Assembly: GCA_040769165.1 (NCBI GenBank)
Contig: JAXGLP010000001.1
Location: 1,091,165-1,155,164, forward strand
DNA length: 64,000 nucleotides
Reading direction: 5' to 3'
Source of the DNA: Armatimonadota bacterium
GTDB taxonomy: Bacteria > Armatimonadota > UBA5829 > DSUL01
Part shown: piece after piece, positions 1-8,912 of the stretch
Numbering within the stretch: position 1 is the stretch's first letter
Layout: each line of letters begins with the position of its first letter
The notes under the pieces: generated by a model
Database searches by the model: none
What the model saw: only the letters and a program-made list of their open reading frames with translations
What the model was told of the DNA's origin: nothing
Translations under genes and position numbers: made by a program

Positions 1-2
1 CC

Positions 3-3000
3 AGCCAGCAGTACATCAAACCGGGAGAGACCACGGCACAGCAGGTCACAATCAAGGACAAGGACGGGAACTCCAAGACCGGCTACTGGTATTACACGCG
101 CTGGGCGTGGACGCTCGATTCGGGCAAGCTGATGACGCCGGGGTCGGAGTATACCATCCAGGCGCAACTCAGGCCGCAGAAGGGCGGGGCCAGCCTTGGG
201 GCCACCATTCCCGTCAGCGCCACGACCTCGCCGTTTGCGAAGAACAGGGGGACCCAGCCAGCCCGGACATTCACCATCAACAACCCGCTCGCCATCTCCT
301 TCCCGGACAGGTATGACCCGAACACGTTTGTCAAACTCTCGGGGGTGGTCGGGCCCGGGTGGAAAGGGATCGCCGGGGAGGGTTTCGGACAGGATCGCCT
401 CACCCCGGGAGCGGAGTTCAACGGGATGGCGAGCGATGTCACGCTCCCTGTCCCTCCGGCGCGGCACGGCAGCAATACCATTCCGCTGAAAGTTGCACTG
501 GCCGACCGGAGCGTCCTGGGGCAGCACATTCGCACGAACCCGCAGCAGAACATCATCAAGACTCTCCGCGTTCAGCCGAGGGACCTCCTGTGGAACAGCA
601 GCGTCGTTCCGCTCAACCCCATGCCGTGGGAGAACGTTCCGCAGCAGAACACCATCAACGACAGCCTCGACTACCCCGATATTTCAAGAGGGAGTGTGGA
701 AGTCATCAAGCGGGGCGATGCGGACCCCGTGCGCACACACGCCCGTCTAATCCCGGCCACGCCGAGCGCGGGCGGGCTTCTTGTGAACCCCGATCCTGTC
801 AGTCTGGTTGTCGAGGTGCCGCGCTACCAGCCTCCGCACGATTACGGCCCCGCGCGAGTGAATGTCTGGATTGATTCCACTGAGTCGAATACGAGCAGGG
901 GCGTTCTCGATCTCGCGGACACCCGGACGACCGGGCGGCCTCTGACCGCCTCGGAGGTCTATCGCTACTTCTACATCGAGACGCGGGTGCCGACTGACGC
1001 GAACATGTACGCGGAGCAGGCGATCATTGATGTCGGCAAACGTCCGATGGGGTTCGGGATCGCGCCTCCGGGCGTGTTCATGCCCTATCCGCCCCCTCTG
1101 GCGGGGCTTATGCCCCCGGCAAACCCGGGAGATCCTCCCATCCCGAGTTCGGGCTTCTTCCGTCCTTTTGTGGTGCGCAACGACGGTAACATCAATCTGG
1201 TGAACCTGCGCCTGGACAACTCGGTCAACCTGGGAAGTGATCAGGTGATGGGCTCTGTCATATCGGGCACCAATGTCGTGTCGTCGCTCGACGCCCGCTT
1301 CGACGCGGCGCTGTCGGCGCCCGAGGTTCTTGTTCCGGGCGCGGGGCATGTGCTGTCGAAGCCGAGGGTGGGGGACCTGGGCCCCACAACCCTCCAGATT
1401 CCGGACCAGAAGCAGTACGAGTTCTACAAACTGGCAAACCCGAACATGCCGGCTCCGTTCCTGCCGCTGGTCTCCGTGCAGGTGCCGATTGGCACGCCGT
1501 CGGGAACGTACGCGGGGGCCGTGCCTGTCGTGGCGGCCGGAGTTCCGCCGCCGAGCGCGAACAACCCGACGCAGAATATGATTGCGGTGAAGGTGACCGC
1601 GCGCGAGGCACGGATCACGGGCGGCCTGACGGCGGGCTCCCTGGCCAATGTTGACTTCCCGCAGGTCGATGGAAGCAACAACCCACCTCCCGATTGGGGC
1701 GACGCGCAGCCGGCTCCTTACCGCATGTGGACAGGCTCAGGCGGAACGCCGGCAGCGGGGGTTCCGAGCGGGCCTCTGGGGCTGTTCTGGGCGAGCAACC
1801 GCGGAGACGCAAACGCCGCCGGGCCGGGTATGCCGTGGTACCTGTATCAGTCGCTGGTCAACGTGGACCAGACGGGCAGCTTCACGCTCACTCCTGTCAC
1901 GGTGTCGGGTGGCCCGGCATTCCAGTGGTGGCGGCCGACCGATCCCGCGTCTGCTCTTCCGGTTGCTTACGGGGCGGCGCTCTCCACGCTTTTCCCTGGT
2001 CAGAGCAATGTGGTTCCGGGCAGCGAGAAGTTCAGCAGCCCGAGCATCGGACAGGATCCGTCCAACGGGGCGACCTGGCTTGTCTTCACAGGGCAGGTGG
2101 ACAAAGACGTCAACGGCCAGATTCTGAGCGAGTACCGGATCATCTACGCGAAGGTGAGGCCGGATGGGAGTGTTGACCCGGCGACGGCGGGTGTGATCCC
2201 GAGCCAGAACTTCACGGTGCCGAAGCACTCGCCGCGCATCTTGCCCGTGGGCGGCGATAAGCTTTATGTCTTCTGGCACGCCGGGCTGGGCAACAAGTAC
2301 AAGCTCTACTACACGTACAATTCCGATAACGGGAACCCGGTCAGGTGGAGTGAGGACACTGAGCTTGTGATTCCGGCTTCTGTTACAGCGGCGGCCGAGC
2401 CTGTGCCTGTGCCGCGGATGATGCCGGTCTACGGGTCGGACGACCGGACGCCGCAGGCTCACATCGATGTCGTTTACAGCGGCATCTCGCGGCGCGGAGG
2501 GGCGGCGGATCTCTTTCTCAGCCGTTATGCCGTTGTCCACTCGGGCAATCGGGTGCGGCTAAACATACAGCCGCTCGCCCGCGTTCAGGATGAGCAGTAC
2601 GCCCCCCTGCCGCTGGTCGAGGGAGAGGACCTGCAGCGCGATACGCGATCTATCGGTCTCTACTATTCGCGGCATCTGGGGTGGGTGCGCCCGAAGAACC
2701 AGCAGGCGCCTCCTGATCCCGCCGCTGTTCGCCCATCGCTGCTGCCGCCCATCATTCGCGTGCTTCGCTGGGATGCCGCGCAGTCGGCGTTCACTGTCGA
2801 GGACGTGACGGATACCCGGCCGATAGTGGACGCTCAGTCAGGAATCGCTGTTTACGAAGACCCAGACTACGGGCGGATTGCGGTTGACTTGTCCGCGGGG
2901 ACGGTCAAGTTCGAGCGGCCGCTCGCGAATCTGGATCGAGTCGTTGCCGAGTACACGCCGCAGACCCTGCGTCTGACCAGCTTCGCGCCGGCGGAGACGG

Positions 3001-3599
3001 GACCGTTTGCGGTGCTCGACAAGTCGCAGCGTCTGGCAAACCGGACGTCGCGCGATCCGGCTGACCGCTACTGGGTGTTCTGGCGCGAGGGGCCGGGCAG
3101 CCAGCCGGGCAACACGATCTACTACAAGACCATGCGGGTAGGGCTGAAGCTGAAACGGGCAGTCGCAATAGACGGTTCGAGCGGCAGCCCGATGCTGAAG
3201 ATCAACATCGGCGGCGGCGGGGCATACAACGGATCGTGGGAGTTCGACCGTGTGAACAACCGGGTTCTCTTCCCCGAGTCTGTTGAGAACACCGACGTGT
3301 GGGTGGAATACACAGGTGTGGACGGTGCTGCCTATCGTGAGCCCGAGGGGCACACCGTGCCGCCTTACAAGGCGCTGACGTTGATTGACGAAATGCCCGC
3401 AACCGCGCTGCTGACGGATTCGGTGGTCAATGAAGGCCAGGTGGCGGCGTTTCCGGATCCGGACGGACTGCGTGCTCCCGGGGATCCGCTGTTCGTGCCT
3501 GGCAGGATGTGGGTCTTCTGGAGCAGTTCCAGAAGCGGCAACGCCGATCTGTATTATCAGACAATCAGCCCGAACTTCGAAGTGCGGACCGGCTGGTAG
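3..3599 (+). CDS. Large secreted/surface protein, 5'-truncated (>1190 aa), beta-rich with propeller-like repeats; possible PilY1-like pilus-associated protein
   Basis: The frame of ORF 132..3599 is open back to base 3 (SQQYIKPGETT...GKLM), so the gene starts outside the window. Recurrent (L/V)FW motifs (LFWASNR, VFWH, VFWRE, VFWSSSR). Lies directly upstream of pilM. Function is inferred from context only. Confidence 0.75.
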   Translation, partial: SQQYIKPGETTAQQVTIKDKDGNSKTGYWYYTRWAWTLDSGKLMTPGSEYTIQAQLRPQKGGASLGATIPVSATTSPFAKNRGTQPARTFTINNPLAISFPDRYDPNTFVKLSGVVGPGWKGIAGEGFGQDRLTPGAEFNGMASDVTLPVPPARHGSNTIPLKVALADRSVLGQHIRTNPQQNIIKTLRVQPRDLLWNSSVVPLNPMPWENVPQQNTINDSLDYPDISRGSVEVIKRGDADPVRTHARLIPATPSAGGLLVNPDPVSLVVEVPRYQPPHDYGPARVNVWIDSTESNTSRGVLDLADTRTTGRPLTASEVYRYFYIETRVPTDANMYAEQAIIDVGKRPMGFGIAPPGVFMPYPPPLAGLMPPANPGDPPIPSSGFFRPFVVRNDGNINLVNLRLDNSVNLGSDQVMGSVISGTNVVSSLDARFDAALSAPEVLVPGAGHVLSKPRVGDLGPTTLQIPDQKQYEFYKLANPNMPAPFLPLVSVQVPIGTPSGTYAGAVPVVAAGVPPPSANNPTQNMIAVKVTAREARITGGLTAGSLANVDFPQVDGSNNPPPDWGDAQPAPYRMWTGSGGTPAAGVPSGPLGLFWASNRGDANAAGPGMPWYLYQSLVNVDQTGSFTLTPVTVSGGPAFQWWRPTDPASALPVAYGAALSTLFPGQSNVVPGSEKFSSPSIGQDPSNGATWLVFTGQVDKDVNGQILSEYRIIYAKVRPDGSVDPATAGVIPSQNFTVPKHSPRILPVGGDKLYVFWHAGLGNKYKLYYTYNSDNGNPVRWSEDTELVIPASVTAAAEPVPVPRMMPVYGSDDRTPQAHIDVVYSGISRRGGAADLFLSRYAVVHSGNRVRLNIQPLARVQDEQYAPLPLVEGEDLQRDTRSIGLYYSRHLGWVRPKNQQAPPDPAAVRPSLLPPIIRVLRWDAAQSAFTVEDVTDTRPIVDAQSGIAVYEDPDYGRIAVDLSAGTVKFERPLANLDRVVAEYTPQTLRLTSFAPAETGPFAVLDKSQRLANRTSRDPADRYWVFWREGPGSQPGNTIYYKTMRVGLKLKRAVAIDGSSGSPMLKINIGGGGAYNGSWEFDRVNNRVLFPESVENTDVWVEYTGVDGAAYREPEGHTVPPYKALTLIDEMPATALLTDSVVNEGQVAAFPDPDGLRAPGDPLFVPGRMWVFWSSSRSGNADLYYQTISPNFEVRTGW

Positions 3600-3669
3600 A
3601 TGTGGGGTGCTTGCCGGAAACGTGGGGGCGGAATCATTGCGATTCCGCGCTCGGCCGGCCGTTTCACCG

Positions 3670-3698
3670 TTGACATGCCATCGCCGGTTTGCTAGACT
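3670..3698 (+). promoter_or_regulatory. Sigma70-type promoter for the pilM operon
   Basis: TTGACA (3670-3675), 17-nt spacer, TAGACT (3693-3698) preceded by an extended -10 TG. Confidence 0.7.
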
Positions 3699-3794
3699 CT
3701 TGTGGCTGAGCGCCGTAGAACCGCGCTCGCCCAAACATGAGTGCGGCTTAGTAACGATGGGGCGAAGAGCAAAGACGCCCGTCAAGGATGAGTA

Positions 3795-5312
3795 TTGGCT
3801 AAGAAAAGGAAGGCCTTCGGGCCGGTAGTCGGCCTGGATATCGGGTCGCGGTGGATCAAGGCGGTGGAGGTTCGTCCGTCCCGTGATGGCGCTACTATCA
3901 CAGGAATTGGATATGAGCCCACACCGCAGGGCGCCGTTGTCGAGGATGCCATCCTTGACTCTGCCGCCATAGCTTCCGCGATCAAACGCCTCTTCAGCAA
4001 TAGCGGCATCAGCATTAAGAAAGTCGTGAGTTCCGTTTCGGGGCAGTCCTCGGTCGTTGTCAGAATTATCGATGTTCCGAAGATGACAGAGCAGGAACTG
4101 GCCGAGACGATGAAATGGGAAGTGGAACGGCATGTCCCATTCCCTGTAAGCCAGACCGTGATGGATTTCCAGATCGTCAACCGCGCCTCCGCGCCGCCGG
4201 ACGCTCAGACCATGGAGGTTCTGCTGGCCGTCTGCCAGGAGGAAGTCGTCAAGAAGCACATTGAGGCCCTCGGCGCGGCAAAACTGGCTCCGCAGGCGAT
4301 CGAAGTCGAGTCCGTTGCGCTTCCCCGGTCGCTGATTGCGGGGGATCCGGAGGCGGAGAGCCACACCACGGTGGCGATAGCGGAGATCGGCAACGAGAGC
4401 ACAAAGCTCTGCATCTACGAAAACAAGACGCTCGTCTTCCCGAGGAGCATACCCATTGCGGGCGGGAATCTTCTGCGCGCGCTCATTGATATGATGGGGA
4501 TGAGCGAAGAAGAAGCCGAAGTGGCGCTGCGCGAGCACGGCTCTGTTGACTTGAGTGTGCTGAGCGGCGTGGCTGAGCCGGCGCCTGATGCGGGTAGATT
4601 TGCGGACCAGGCTGAGGAGACGCAGCTCGGAGGGTTCAGCAGCCCCTTTGCAGCGCCGGAGCCTCCGCCGGCAGGGAGCCCCTTTGCCCCGCCCTCCGCG
4701 GCCCCTGAGCCTCCCGGTGGCCCTGAGCCCCCGGTTGTTCCCCCTCCCATAGGTTTTGACCTTGGGGACGAGTTGATTTCGGCTGCCCCCGGCGCCCCTC
4801 AGGAATCCGTGCCGGAGCCGCCTGAAGCGTACGTGCCAGAGCAGCCCGGCGCGGCCGTGTTCGACCTCGACGACGAGGACCGCCGGACGCAGGCTCCGGT
4901 GTTCGATCTGGACGAAGAGCCTGCGGCGCCGCAGGCCACGGAACCTGCTGAACCTTTTGCTGTTGAGTCGCCGGCGCAGCAGGACAGCGGTGGCTCTTCG
5001 GCCATCAGTTCGACGATTGCTCCCGTGCTGGCGGAACTCGCGGCCGAACTGAAGCGGTCGCTGGATTACTACACGGGCAGGTACCCCGATCCGGTTGATG
5101 CGCTGATTCTGTCCGGCGGCGTGTCGAAGCTGCCGGGCCTGGCGGGGTATATGGAAGCAATGCTGGGCTTGCCCGTAAGTGTGGGGGACCCTGTTTCTCA
5201 TCTGCCTATGCAGGCGAAACGCTATGGTCCGGAGTTTCTTGCCGACATCTCCCCGGTGTTTTCGGTATGCCTGGGCCTGGCGCTTCGCGACTATGCGGGA
5301 GGTAAGGGCTGA
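3795..5312 (+). CDS. pilM: Type IV pilus assembly protein PilM (actin/FtsA-like) with a large Pro/Ala/acidic insertion
   Basis: VGLDIGS..IKAVE N-terminus, WEVERHVPFP, EIGNEST, ELKRSLDYY, ILSGGVSKLPGL, C-terminal GLALR. TTG start. Confidence 0.92.
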   Translation: MAKKRKAFGPVVGLDIGSRWIKAVEVRPSRDGATITGIGYEPTPQGAVVEDAILDSAAIASAIKRLFSNSGISIKKVVSSVSGQSSVVVRIIDVPKMTEQELAETMKWEVERHVPFPVSQTVMDFQIVNRASAPPDAQTMEVLLAVCQEEVVKKHIEALGAAKLAPQAIEVESVALPRSLIAGDPEAESHTTVAIAEIGNESTKLCIYENKTLVFPRSIPIAGGNLLRALIDMMGMSEEEAEVALREHGSVDLSVLSGVAEPAPDAGRFADQAEETQLGGFSSPFAAPEPPPAGSPFAPPSAAPEPPGGPEPPVVPPPIGFDLGDELISAAPGAPQESVPEPPEAYVPEQPGAAVFDLDDEDRRTQAPVFDLDEEPAAPQATEPAEPFAVESPAQQDSGGSSAISSTIAPVLAELAAELKRSLDYYTGRYPDPVDALILSGGVSKLPGLAGYMEAMLGLPVSVGDPVSHLPMQAKRYGPEFLADISPVFSVCLGLALRDYAGGKG

Positions 5313-6043
5313 TGCTGTCCATAAACCTTATCCCTCGCTCTTACTTCGAGGCGCAGTTTGTAAGGCGGCTGATGGTGTTCTTTGGGGTCCTGCTTGGGCT
5401 GGTTCTGCTAGCCATGCTTGCCCTGACAATGATGTACGAGCAGAAGATCGCGCGGACAAACGAACAGCTCCAGCAGGTTGAGGTACGGGCGCAGCAGGTT
5501 GAGGCGCTGGAGAAGCAGGCGGCAGACCTTCGCGCGGAAGTCAAGCCCATCCAGGACAAGATCAAGTACATCCGGGACGTCATGACCTACAACCGCAAGA
5601 TGGTGGGAGTTCTGCAGGAACTGGCGCGTTACACCTACCGCAAGGTCAGCTACGAGTCCGTTACTCCGGGCGAAGGAGGAAGCACTCTGACAATCGTCGG
5701 TGTCGCGCCGAGCATCATGGACTCGGGCCGGTATCTTCTGGGCCTGTACAGGGCGACAAATCTGTTCTCGGGTCTTACGTTTTCGGGTGTTCCTGGATAC
5801 CGGTCGGGGGCTGGCGATAGCGGGCAGCAGGCCGGGGGGGGGCTGGCGGCCCTTCAGGGCGCGCTTTCACCTGTGCGCTTCACGGCTGTGTGTACATTGA
5901 GGGAGCCGCTTGTTGCTCCGACACCACCGGGCGGCGCGGCGCCCGCCGATGCCGGCGCGGCTGCCGGAGTGCCTTCAACGAGTGGCATGCCTCCGCCCGG
6001 AACTCCCGCGGCGCTGGGAGCTGTGCCGGAGCCGGGGCAGTAG
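5312..6043 (+). CDS. pilN: PilN-like type IV pilus assembly protein
   Basis: N-terminal INLIP motif (PilM-binding INLLP-like), one TM helix, coiled coil. TGATG coupling to pilM. Confidence 0.8.
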   Translation: MLSINLIPRSYFEAQFVRRLMVFFGVLLGLVLLAMLALTMMYEQKIARTNEQLQQVEVRAQQVEALEKQAADLRAEVKPIQDKIKYIRDVMTYNRKMVGVLQELARYTYRKVSYESVTPGEGGSTLTIVGVAPSIMDSGRYLLGLYRATNLFSGLTFSGVPGYRSGAGDSGQQAGGGLAALQGALSPVRFTAVCTLREPLVAPTPPGGAAPADAGAAAGVPSTSGMPPPGTPAALGAVPEPGQ

Positions 6044-6110
6044 TGACTCGTCGTTTTAGGGCTGCACTGTCGCAGGGCAGGATCGGGACACGAGACTCAG
6101 AGGAGTCCAT

Positions 6111-6884
6111 TTGAGCAAGTTAACCAGATTACACGTTATTGTGATCGGCGTGGTGCTGAACCTCGTGGCCCTTGTCGGCGCCTACTTCTTCCTGGTGAAG
6201 CCGCGAATGGAGAAGTTCGCGGCGGCAGACGCCAAGTTGAAGGAGCGCACGGCTGTGGCGGACCGTCTGCCTGTGGCCGAGGCTGACAGGCAGAAGGCGG
6301 AGTTGGAGAACCTTCAGGCGCGCCAGGACTATCGCCGTTACGAGGACGCCAAGATGCCGGTCATATCCGTCGCAGACCGAACCCAGGCGATGATCGCGCT
6401 CTGGCGCGAGCAGGCCGAGGTGCTTGGCCCGATGATCGAGAACTGGCCGCGCAGGTATGGAGTGGAACTTCTCAACAATGTGAGCATTCCGCCGGCAACC
6501 ACGAATCCGAACACGCCGATTCCGTCCCCCTATGTGATAGATGTGGGCGCGATGAGTGTGCGGGGTGACTTCTATTCAATACTGAGAAGCATCGAGGGAT
6601 GGAACCAGTTCAACCGCCTCGTGCAGATCAGTCCGATGACGATTCAGGGCGTAAGCCCGTCGCTGACTGCGAACTACGGTCTGAGGGTCATCATCTTTCC
6701 CAGGGGTAAGATGGGACCCGAAGTTGCGATGGCGAAGGGCTCAACGGACGCGGCGGGGGCTGGAGGCGCGGGCGGGGGCATGGCTCCGCCGCCGATGCCG
6801 ATGGGCGCGCCGGACATGGGCGCTGGGCCGCCAGTCGGGGGACCTCCGGGAGAGGTGCCTGGCGGAGGCATGCCTGCGCCATGA
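6111..6884 (+). CDS. PilO-like type IV pilus assembly protein
   Basis: N-terminal TM, coiled coil, then SVRGDFYSILRSIEGWNQFNRLVQI resembling the PilO ferredoxin-like domain. Follows pilN. Confidence 0.7.
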   Translation: MSKLTRLHVIVIGVVLNLVALVGAYFFLVKPRMEKFAAADAKLKERTAVADRLPVAEADRQKAELENLQARQDYRRYEDAKMPVISVADRTQAMIALWREQAEVLGPMIENWPRRYGVELLNNVSIPPATTNPNTPIPSPYVIDVGAMSVRGDFYSILRSIEGWNQFNRLVQISPMTIQGVSPSLTANYGLRVIIFPRGKMGPEVAMAKGSTDAAGAGGAGGGMAPPPMPMGAPDMGAGPPVGGPPGEVPGGGMPAP

Positions 6885-6951
6885 CACCGTTTTCTTTCTC
6901 TGCAGACGATCGAGGTGTCCACGCGTGGCGTGGGCTTGACAGGGTCTATCA

Positions 6952-7734
6952 TTGAGCGAGTGGCTGAACGATAAGAAGAACCAGCCGAAGATCATCGGCG
7001 CATTCGTCGCCGTAATGTTGCTGGTCGCCGGCGTTTTCGTGTTCCCCAGGCTATTCGGCGGGGGAGGGAGCCCCGACGCGGCGGCTCCAGTGGCCCCGGC
7101 GCCGGGTGTCCCCGGCGGAGCGCCGACTCCGGACGCGACGGGCGGGCAGCCCATGCCTCCAGATGCCGCCGCGCCTGCACCCGCACCAGATGCCGGGGGC
7201 GCACCGGCGGCCGCGGCGGCCCCGGCCGAGAAGCAGCCGCCCCTGGAGGAGTTCAAGGCGGACCCGTTCCAGCCATATGTTGGGCCGAAGCCGCCTCGAA
7301 CAAAGCCCACTTTCATGGCCAAGCTCCCGAAACCGGACATCCGCCGGGTTGCCCCGGTAGTGCTGAAGCCCGAAGAGCAGGAGGCGTATATCCAGCCGCC
7401 ACAGGGAAGAATGGCGGGGATATTGAAGAATGATCGCGTGTTTGCGATCATAGAGAGTACAGATGCTACGCCGAAGACTGCGATAGTCAAGCCCGGAGAC
7501 CAGTACCCGTTCAACTCCGACTTTGCCGTTGACCGGATACTCCCGGACCGTGTCGTCCTGCGGACTACGAAGACAAAGGAACCGCGGTTCTTCGATCTGC
7601 CGAAGTCGGCGGGGCGCGTTACGGCGCAGCCTGGAGCGGCAACACGCACGCCGCGCGGGCCGTCGCCCGCAATCCCGGATCCGGGACGGGGCATGCCGGG
7701 ACCGCCGGGAGGTATACCGCCGCCTGCGCCCTGA
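6952..7734 (+). CDS. PilP/GspC-like membrane-anchored pilus assembly protein
   Basis: TM anchor, Pro/Ala linker, DPF motif (KADPFQP), then RMAGIL...AIIE...IVKPGD, typical of the PilP/GspC HR beta domain. Occupies the pilP position. Confidence 0.6.
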   Translation: MSEWLNDKKNQPKIIGAFVAVMLLVAGVFVFPRLFGGGGSPDAAAPVAPAPGVPGGAPTPDATGGQPMPPDAAAPAPAPDAGGAPAAAAAPAEKQPPLEEFKADPFQPYVGPKPPRTKPTFMAKLPKPDIRRVAPVVLKPEEQEAYIQPPQGRMAGILKNDRVFAIIESTDATPKTAIVKPGDQYPFNSDFAVDRILPDRVVLRTTKTKEPRFFDLPKSAGRVTAQPGAATRTPRGPSPAIPDPGRGMPGPPGGIPPPAP

Positions 7735-7908
7735 GTTGGCGAGGCGCCCGGCATTCGGAACTGCCGGGAATGTGGCGGAGTCAGATTGGTAGAGGCTGCT
7801 GACGTGGTTGTTGCGGCCTCGCGCGATTGAGGTAAGAATCCGGTAGGTGAGCGGGTGGGGCTGTTTACTCCGGACGACGGGATCAGACATTACAGATTGA
7901 CCAGATAG

Positions 7909-8709
7909 ATGGTGAAAGCAGGCGCAAAAGTGAAAAAGCAAGGTTCGCTGACAGTTATTTTCGCTCTGGCCGTTGCGGTTCTTGCGCTGTCCGGCCCGGT
8001 TTCGGGTCAGACTGATGCCAATGCGCAGGATTCCCGCAACTCGCCAGTGAGTCTTGAACTGACCAACACCCCGGTGCGGGCGGCAATAGACGCGCTGTTC
8101 AAGTTCGTGCCGTTCAATCACGCGATCGGCAGCGACGTTGAGGGAGTCATTCCCAGCCTGTCGCTCGACAAAGTGCCGTTTGAGCAGGCGCTGCGCACGG
8201 TCTGCCGCATAAACGTGCCGGTGCTTACGTTCACGCGGTCGGAGGGCAACCTCTACGAGATCAAAGTGAAGCCGGCTCCCACAACCGATGGCGGAATGGG
8301 TGTCACGGGCGGCGTTGGCGCTGTTCCGGAAACGCCGGGAGGGGAGGGTGTCGTCGGAACGACCACCGATGAGGAACGCCCTGTCGAACTGCGCAAGATT
8401 ACGCTCAACTATGCGCGCCCCGGCATTATCAGCCAGTTGTTTGGCAATGTGACGGTCGTTCAGGATAACGATGACATGTATGGTGGCGGCGGCGGTTATG
8501 GTGGCGGCTATGGTGGCGGCTACGGCGGAAGCAGTTACGGGGGCGGTTACGGCGGCTACGGCGGCAGCAGCATGGGTGGCGGCTATGGCGGCTACGGTGG
8601 AAGCAGCCGCTATGGTGGCAGCAGCAGTTGGGGCGGCGGCTACGGCGGCAGCAGCCGATACGGCGGCAGCAGCGGCAGTTGGGGAGGGAGCCGCTACGGC
8701 GGTTATTGA
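7909..8709 (+). CDS. Secreted secretin-N-terminal (STN-like) domain protein with a Gly/Tyr/Ser-rich C-terminal tail
   Basis: Signal peptide; VSLELTNTPVRAAIDALF...LSLDKVPFEQALRTV resembles the secretin N0/STN domain; about 75-aa GYGG tail; no secretin barrel domain. Confidence 0.75.
   Translation: MVKAGAKVKKQGSLTVIFALAVAVLALSGPVSGQTDANAQDSRNSPVSLELTNTPVRAAIDALFKFVPFNHAIGSDVEGVIPSLSLDKVPFEQALRTVCRINVPVLTFTRSEGNLYEIKVKPAPTTDGGMGVTGGVGAVPETPGGEGVVGTTTDEERPVELRKITLNYARPGIISQLFGNVTVVQDNDDMYGGGGGYGGGYGGGYGGSSYGGGYGGYGGSSMGGGYGGYGGSSRYGGSSSWGGGYGGSSRYGGSSGSWGGSRYGGY
8477..8706 (+). repeat. Low-complexity coding repeat (GGY/GGYGGSS units)
   Basis: Imperfect tandem ggc/ggt/tac/tat/agc codons encoding YGGGGGYGGGYGGGYGGSSYGGGYGGYGGSSMGGGYGGYGGSSRYGGSSSWGGGYGGSSRYGGSSGSWGGSRYGGY. 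Confidence 0.9.
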
Positions 8710-8912
8710 GACAGCCGGGCCAGAGCGATTATTTTGGGCTGAAGTGCGCTGTATTGGAAGGAAGTTGGCGCCTGTGCGGCCAACAATGCTTGAGCCCGTA
8801 GTCTGGCTGTAGTACGAAGAGTGCTTTGGGGGCCAGTTGGCGGGCCGGAGACGGTATGTTGGCTCATCGTGAACACCCGCGACGCGCGGGTGGTGCCGGT
8901 GAGCAGGAGGAT

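Noticed and set aside
2838-5201. 787-aa minus-strand ORF, and similar long antisense ORFs (7051..8931, 10900..12105, 27748..29133, 31319..32875, 42056..43483, 47541..49022, 54869..56101, 61035..62282)
   Set aside because: Each lies opposite a well-supported gene, is Arg/His/Ala-rich with no family motifs, and is the expected stop-poor shadow frame of high-GC coding DNA.
8477-8706. Tandem repeats as a possible CRISPR array or non-coding VNTR
   Set aside because: No constant repeat with unique spacers, and variation is mostly at synonymous positions, so it is a protein-level repeat. No cas genes are present.
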